This document shows, in pieces, positions 59,334 through 64,000 of a stretch of DNA of 64,000 nt (position 1 is the first letter of the stretch; each line of letters begins with the position of its first letter). Origin of the DNA: an uncultured Pseudomonadales bacterium (lineage in GTDB: Bacteria > Pseudomonadota > Gammaproteobacteria > Pseudomonadales > Porticoccaceae). A program made the translations under genes and the position numbers. Under the pieces are notes generated by a model. It had not been told where the DNA came from, ran no database searches, and saw nothing but the letters and a program-made list of their open reading frames with translations. The stretch spans positions 18,855 to 82,854 of the forward strand of contig CALSSA010000012.1 in NCBI GenBank assembly GCA_943788875.1, given 5' to 3'.

Positions 59334-59912
59334 ATGAATGACAATACAAAAAAAGCTATTTCCAGTTTAAAAAACCATTTCCTTTTGGCCATGCCCGGCC
59401 TCAATGATCCCAATTTCTCACAGTCCGTTGTGTATATCTGTGAGCATAGTGTGGATGGAGCCATGGGCCTTATTATCAATCAGCAGTTGGATATTCCAGC
59501 AAAAGCAATCTTTGATCAGCTGGAGCTGGAATGTAATGACGGTTGCGGCAATGCATTGATTTTTGACGGCGGCCCGGTGCAGCGTGACCGCGGCTTTATT
59601 TTGCACAGAACCTGCGCTAAGCAATGGGAATCCACAGTGGCGATTGCCGGCGATATCAGTCTCACCGCATCTAAGGACATTCTCAGTGATATTGCTGTTG
59701 GCAATGGTCCGCAAGATGCCATGATCACTCTTGGTTACTCTAGCTGGGAGTCCGGTCAATTAGAGCAGGAGCTAGTGCAGAATAGCTGGCTGACCATTCC
59801 TGCGGACTCGGCGATTATTTTTCAGACGGACTGCGCCAAACGCGCCGGTGCTGCAGCTTCATCTATTGGGGTCAATCTGGAAATGCTTGCCTTAGACGCT
59901 GGCCATGCCTGA
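59334..59912 (+). CDS. yqgE: YqgE/AlgH family protein
   Basis: FLLAMP, YICEH..GAMGLIIN, GGPVQ.DRGFILH, LGYSSW..GQLEQE. Confidence 0.93.
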   Translation: MNDNTKKAISSLKNHFLLAMPGLNDPNFSQSVVYICEHSVDGAMGLIINQQLDIPAKAIFDQLELECNDGCGNALIFDGGPVQRDRGFILHRTCAKQWESTVAIAGDISLTASKDILSDIAVGNGPQDAMITLGYSSWESGQLEQELVQNSWLTIPADSAIIFQTDCAKRAGAAASSIGVNLEMLALDAGHA

Positions 59913-60360
59913 TAAACACAAAGCAGTACTCGCGTTCGATTTTGGCCTCAAACAAATTGGGGTGGCTCAGGGTCAGACGCTTATTGGCTCAGCCAATGGC
60001 CTGACAATTATCAAAGCCAGTGATGGCGCGCCTGACTGGTCGGTGGTCAGTAAGGTGATCGATGAATGGCAACCTGATCTTCTGCTGGTGGGCCTGCCAC
60101 TCAATATGGATGACAGCGAAAGCGAGCTTAGTCAGCGCGCGCGGAGATTTGCCCGCCGACTTGGGGGTCGCTACAACATTGAAGTGATTATGGTGGATGA
60201 ACGGCTGACCAGCCGCGAGGCCAAATCTATGCTTCAGGAAGAGCAGCGTAACTCTGGGCGAGGGGGCAGGAGCAGGGATCTGACCAAAATCGATCATCTG
60301 GCGGCGGCACTGATACTGCAGAGCTGGCTGCAGGCGCCGGATTTAGGACAGCAACCCTGA
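59905..60360 (+). CDS. yqgF: YqgF/RuvX nuclease (pre-16S maturation)
   Basis: LAFDFGLKQIGVA, VGLPLNMD, VDERLTS, DHLAAALIL. Confidence 0.94.
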   Translation: MPDKHKAVLAFDFGLKQIGVAQGQTLIGSANGLTIIKASDGAPDWSVVSKVIDEWQPDLLLVGLPLNMDDSESELSQRARRFARRLGGRYNIEVIMVDERLTSREAKSMLQEEQRNSGRGGRSRDLTKIDHLAAALILQSWLQAPDLGQQP

Positions 60361-60371
60361 CTCGACTGCCT

Positions 60372-61520
60372 TCACCAACGCAAAGTATCGGTTGGATCGT
60401 CCTCAATACTTAAACTGTCTATCCCGGTACTCAACTCAGTAATCTGATTGTTAGACTTCATCTTGATCATTAGCCGCAGGTCATTCTTTGAATCGGCGTG
60501 GGCGATAGCATTCTCATAGCTAATCTCACCATCGGCATAAAGCGCATACAGGGCCTGATCAAAGGTCTGCATGCCGTGCTCGGTGGAGCTTGTCATAATC
60601 TCCTTAATCTTATGCACATTGCCTTTGCGGATAGTATCTGCAACCAGTGGTGTGTTGAGCATAATCTCAATAGCGGCGCGGCGGCTCTTGCCGTCTGTAG
60701 TGGGCACCAGCTGTTGCGCAACAATACCGCGCAGATTGAGGGAAAGGTCCATCCAAAGCTGACTGTGGCGATCAGCGGCAAAGAAATGATTAATACGATC
60801 CAGAGCTTGGTTGGCATTGTTAGCATGCAAGGTAGCCAGCACGAGATGGCCGGTTTCAGCGAAGGTAATGGCATGCTGCATGGTCTCACGGGTACGGATT
60901 TCACCAATCAAAATAACATCTGGTGCCTGACGCAAGGTGTTCTTTAATGCTACCTCAAACGACTCAGTATCAACCCCCACTTCACGCTGAGTAATAATGC
61001 AGCCCTGGTGCTCATGGACAAATTCGATAGGATCTTCGATAGACACAATATGTCCGTGGCTGGTCTTGTTACGATGCCCTATTAGAGCGGCAAGTGAGGT
61101 GGACTTACCCGTGCCCGTAGCGCCGACAAAGATAATAATGCCGCGGCGATTCATCACCAGCTCTTTAAGGATAGGCGGCAATAATAAGGCTTCCGGCGTA
61201 GGTATCTTTGTCTCAATCCGTCGCAATACGATACCTATTTCACCGCGCTGATAAAATGCGCTGGCACGGAAACGTCCGGACTCTTCGCTGATTACCGCAT
61301 AATTTAACTCTTTGTCCCGATAGAACTCAGTCCGCTGTTCCTTTGACATGGTGCTTAATACCAGCTCCTCACAGCGCTGCTGGCTAAGTTTCTGTTTGCT
61401 GATTGGCACCACAGCGCCATTGAGCTTAATACAGGGAGGCAGACCCAGAGTTAAGAATAAATCTGAGGCTTTCTTTTCCACCATAATTTTGATTAATTTT
61501 TCGAACGTTTCATTGGCCAT
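60372..61520 (-). CDS. pilU: Type IV pilus retraction ATPase PilU
   Basis: GATGTGKST, IEDPIEFVH, LRQAPDVILIGEIR, TLHANNANQ. Confidence 0.93.
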   Translation of the reverse strand: MANETFEKLIKIMVEKKASDLFLTLGLPPCIKLNGAVVPISKQKLSQQRCEELVLSTMSKEQRTEFYRDKELNYAVISEESGRFRASAFYQRGEIGIVLRRIETKIPTPEALLLPPILKELVMNRRGIIIFVGATGTGKSTSLAALIGHRNKTSHGHIVSIEDPIEFVHEHQGCIITQREVGVDTESFEVALKNTLRQAPDVILIGEIRTRETMQHAITFAETGHLVLATLHANNANQALDRINHFFAADRHSQLWMDLSLNLRGIVAQQLVPTTDGKSRRAAIEIMLNTPLVADTIRKGNVHKIKEIMTSSTEHGMQTFDQALYALYADGEISYENAIAHADSKNDLRLMIKMKSNNQITELSTGIDSLSIEDDPTDTLRW

Positions 61521-61532
61521 GTTTTATATCCC

Positions 61533-62567
61533 CTAGAAACTGTCCGGTAATTTAGCTTTTTCTTTGGCAACTTCAGTGCTGATAAGCCGTTGGTCGACCA
61601 GATTATGCAGGCACTGATCCAGAGTCTGCATACCCAGGCCGCCGCCGGTTTGAATAGCAGAGTACATCTGTGCAACCTTGTCTTCGCGAATCAAATTTCG
61701 AATCGCTGCGGTACCGATCATAATTTCATGGGCGGCCACTCGGCCGCCGCCGATTTTTTTCATAAGGGTTTGAGAAATCACCGCCTGTAGTGACTCTGAA
61801 AGCATCGAGCGAACCATGGGCTTTTCTCCTGCAGGAAATACATCTACCACCCTATCGATAGTCTTCGCCGCCGAGGTGGTGTGCAATGTGCCAAATACCA
61901 GATGTCCAGTCTCTGCCGCGGTTAAAGCTAGCCTTATGGTTTCCAGATCACGCAGTTCGCCCACCAGTACCACATCCGGGTCCTCTCGCAAGGCAGAGCG
62001 CAGAGCCTCGCCAAAACCCAGGGTATCGCGATGTACTTCGCGCTGATTAATCAGGCATTTCTTACTTTGGTGAACAAATTCGATGGGGTCTTCAATGGTG
62101 AGAATATGGTCGTAGCGGTTCTCATTAATATAATCGACCATGGCTGCCAGAGTGGTAGATTTACCTGAACCCGTGGGCCCAGTAACCAGCACCAGCCCGC
62201 GGGGCAACAGAGACACTTTGCGGAAGATATCCCCCATACCCAGCTGCTCAAGGGTTAAAACCTGAGAGGGGATGGTTCGAAAAACCGCAGCAGCACCGCG
62301 ATTTTGATTGAATACATTGACCCGAAAACGCGCGACACCTGGAACATCAAAAGAAAAGTCTGTCTCAAGAAACTCCTCGTAATCTCTTCTCTGCTTGTCA
62401 TTCATTATTTCGTAGATCAAACTGTGCACTTGGCGGTGTTCCATTGGCGGCAGATTGATTCGGCGAACATCTCCATCAATTCTGATAATAGGAGGCAGAC
62501 CGGCCGAAATATGTAAGTCCGAAGCGCCTTCTTTTGCACTGAAAGCCAGTAACTCGGTAATATCCAT
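61533..62567 (-). CDS. pilT: Type IV pilus retraction ATPase PilT
   Basis: GPTGSGKST, LREDPD, TLHTTSA, AIRNLIRE motif. Confidence 0.97.
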   Translation of the reverse strand: MDITELLAFSAKEGASDLHISAGLPPIIRIDGDVRRINLPPMEHRQVHSLIYEIMNDKQRRDYEEFLETDFSFDVPGVARFRVNVFNQNRGAAAVFRTIPSQVLTLEQLGMGDIFRKVSLLPRGLVLVTGPTGSGKSTTLAAMVDYINENRYDHILTIEDPIEFVHQSKKCLINQREVHRDTLGFGEALRSALREDPDVVLVGELRDLETIRLALTAAETGHLVFGTLHTTSAAKTIDRVVDVFPAGEKPMVRSMLSESLQAVISQTLMKKIGGGRVAAHEIMIGTAAIRNLIREDKVAQMYSAIQTGGGLGMQTLDQCLHNLVDQRLISTEVAKEKAKLPDSF

Positions 62568-62645
62568 TGTTGTATCTCGCTTATTCCATTAAGACTAGTA
62601 CGGCTCGATGAGCCTGTCTCGAACTACAGTTGACGATTTAAGACT

Positions 62646-63338
62646 ATGCCAAATATTGAAAACAACATTACCGTTGTACAGAGACGTCTGCAACAGGCCG
62701 CCCGTGACGCAGGCCGCAATCCTGAGGATACACTCCTGCTGGCGGTGAGTAAGACGAGAAGTAGTGCACAGGTAAGCCTCGCTCAGGCCTCTGGTATTCG
62801 CAGCTTTGGCGAGAACTATCTGCAGGAGGCCAGCGACAAAATAAGTCAGTTGAGTGACCAGAAATTAGACTGGCATTTTATCGGCCCACTGCAATCCAAC
62901 AAGACTCGCCAGGTCGCGGAGCAATTCGCCTGGGTGCATACAGTGGACCGGCTCAAAATAGCCCAACGTCTCAGTACCCAGCGTCCGGCAACTATGCCAG
63001 CGCTTAATATTTGCCTGCAGATCAATATAGATAATGAAGAGAGCAAATCAGGCTTTAGCCCAGATCAGGCACGCAGTATGGCGGCAATCATCGCACAGCT
63101 GCCCAACCTGAGGTTGCGCGGACTTATGGCTATTCCCAGACCCAGAGCTACTATGGCAGAGCAGCAACAACCCTTTGCTCAGCTAGCAGCACTGCAAAAA
63201 GAGATCAATAGCACACTGGACAATTGTGAGAAACTGGATACCCTCTCTATGGGTATGTCCGCAGATCTTGAGGCGGCTATCGCTGAGGGCGCAACCATTA
63301 TCAGAGTGGGTACAGATATTTTTGGTCCGAGGGACTGA
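62646..63338 (+). CDS. yggS: PLP homeostasis protein
   Basis: LLAVSKT, FGENYLQE, HFIGPLQSNK, LSMGMSADLE, IRVGTDIFG. Confidence 0.96.
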   Translation: MPNIENNITVVQRRLQQAARDAGRNPEDTLLLAVSKTRSSAQVSLAQASGIRSFGENYLQEASDKISQLSDQKLDWHFIGPLQSNKTRQVAEQFAWVHTVDRLKIAQRLSTQRPATMPALNICLQINIDNEESKSGFSPDQARSMAAIIAQLPNLRLRGLMAIPRPRATMAEQQQPFAQLAALQKEINSTLDNCEKLDTLSMGMSADLEAAIAEGATIIRVGTDIFGPRD

Positions 63339-63395
63339 CAAGAGCGCAGATTACGTAAATCTGTGCAGCTAATAACCTGAGAGTACGTAGTATCT

Positions 63396-64000
63396 ATGAG
63401 TAAGATTGTATTTATTGGCGGCGGCAATATGGCCTCCTGCCTGATTGGTGGCATGATTGCCAATGGCACCTCAAGCCAGCAGATTTTGGTTAGTGAGCCA
63501 GGGGCAGAAGCTCGACAAAAACTCAGTGATCTCCATGGCGTAGAAACCACTGCTGATAATCAGGCAGCTGCGGCACAGGCGGATTTGCTGGTGCTGGCGG
63601 TCAAACCGCAAATCATGGGCGCTGTGGTCAACGATCTGGCTCCTTCACTCAGTCACAAACCGGCAGTGGTTTCTATCGCTGCAGGCATCCCTCTCAGCGC
63701 ATTGGAGAACTGGCTTGGCACTGATATCGCGCTGGTTCGCGCCATGCCCAACACTCCTGCTCTGGTCATGACTGGTGCCACAGGTTTGTTTGCCAACTCA
63801 TTACTCAACGAACAGCAAAAACAGATGGTGGAACAGCTGTTTCAGGCGGTGGGCTATGCCTGCTGGGTGGAGCGCGAAGAGCTGATTGATGCCGTGATCG
63901 CCGTATCTGGCAGTGGCCCCGCCTACTTCTTTTTGGTGTTGGAGGCGATGCAGAAAATTGGTCAGGAGCTTGGCTTGCCCAAAGACATCGCCGAACAGTT
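63396..64000 (+). CDS. proC: Pyrroline-5-carboxylate reductase (partial, runs off the window)
   Basis: MSKIVFIGGGNMA, LAVKPQ, SIAAG, RAMPNTP, AVSGSGPAYFF. Confidence 0.95.
   Translation, partial: MSKIVFIGGGNMASCLIGGMIANGTSSQQILVSEPGAEARQKLSDLHGVETTADNQAAAAQADLLVLAVKPQIMGAVVNDLAPSLSHKPAVVSIAAGIPLSALENWLGTDIALVRAMPNTPALVMTGATGLFANSLLNEQQKQMVEQLFQAVGYACWVEREELIDAVIAVSGSGPAYFFLVLEAMQKIGQELGLPKDIAEQ

Overview
A gene-dense, mostly housekeeping 64 kb segment of a gammaproteobacterial chromosome with Pseudomonas/Cellvibrionales-like synteny (the taxonomy is inferred from gene order only). It holds argC, hemJ/hemL/hemB, an rsuA-rsmC-RIO kinase unit, ygfB-pepP-ubiH-ubiI, zapA-6S RNA-ygfA-pyk, ilvA/rpiA, a PAS-GGDEF-EAL protein, dsbD, aroQ-accBC-prmA-dusB-fis-purH, a photolyase inserted between purH and purD, coq7, vfr/crp, trpEGDC, rpe, a DmdB-like CoA ligase, a Pil-Chp chemosensory cluster (pilGHIJK-chpABC), gshB-tonB-yqgE-yqgF, pilU/pilT, yggS and partial proC. 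I saw no IS, prophage, tRNA, rRNA or CRISPR. The most interesting unannotated signal is at 36994-37568. A NodD/MexT-type LysR gene faces two tandem transcription units. Each has a near-identical 40-bp nod-box-like operator, a same-register sigma70-like promoter, a C-rich motif and a terminator with an identical loop and compensatory stem changes. The first unit encodes a 36-aa hydrophobic peptide and the second appears non-coding, which suggests a LysR-controlled pair of sibling sRNAs, one of them dual-function. Other hidden elements are a Trp-rich leader peptide with an atypical attenuator upstream of trpE, a photolyase with no canonical start codon before its conserved N-terminal motif, a 102-aa acidic tail on PilJ, and a hairpin-dense intergenic region upstream of rpe. 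All calls come from reading the sequence; no database searches or folding programs were run.
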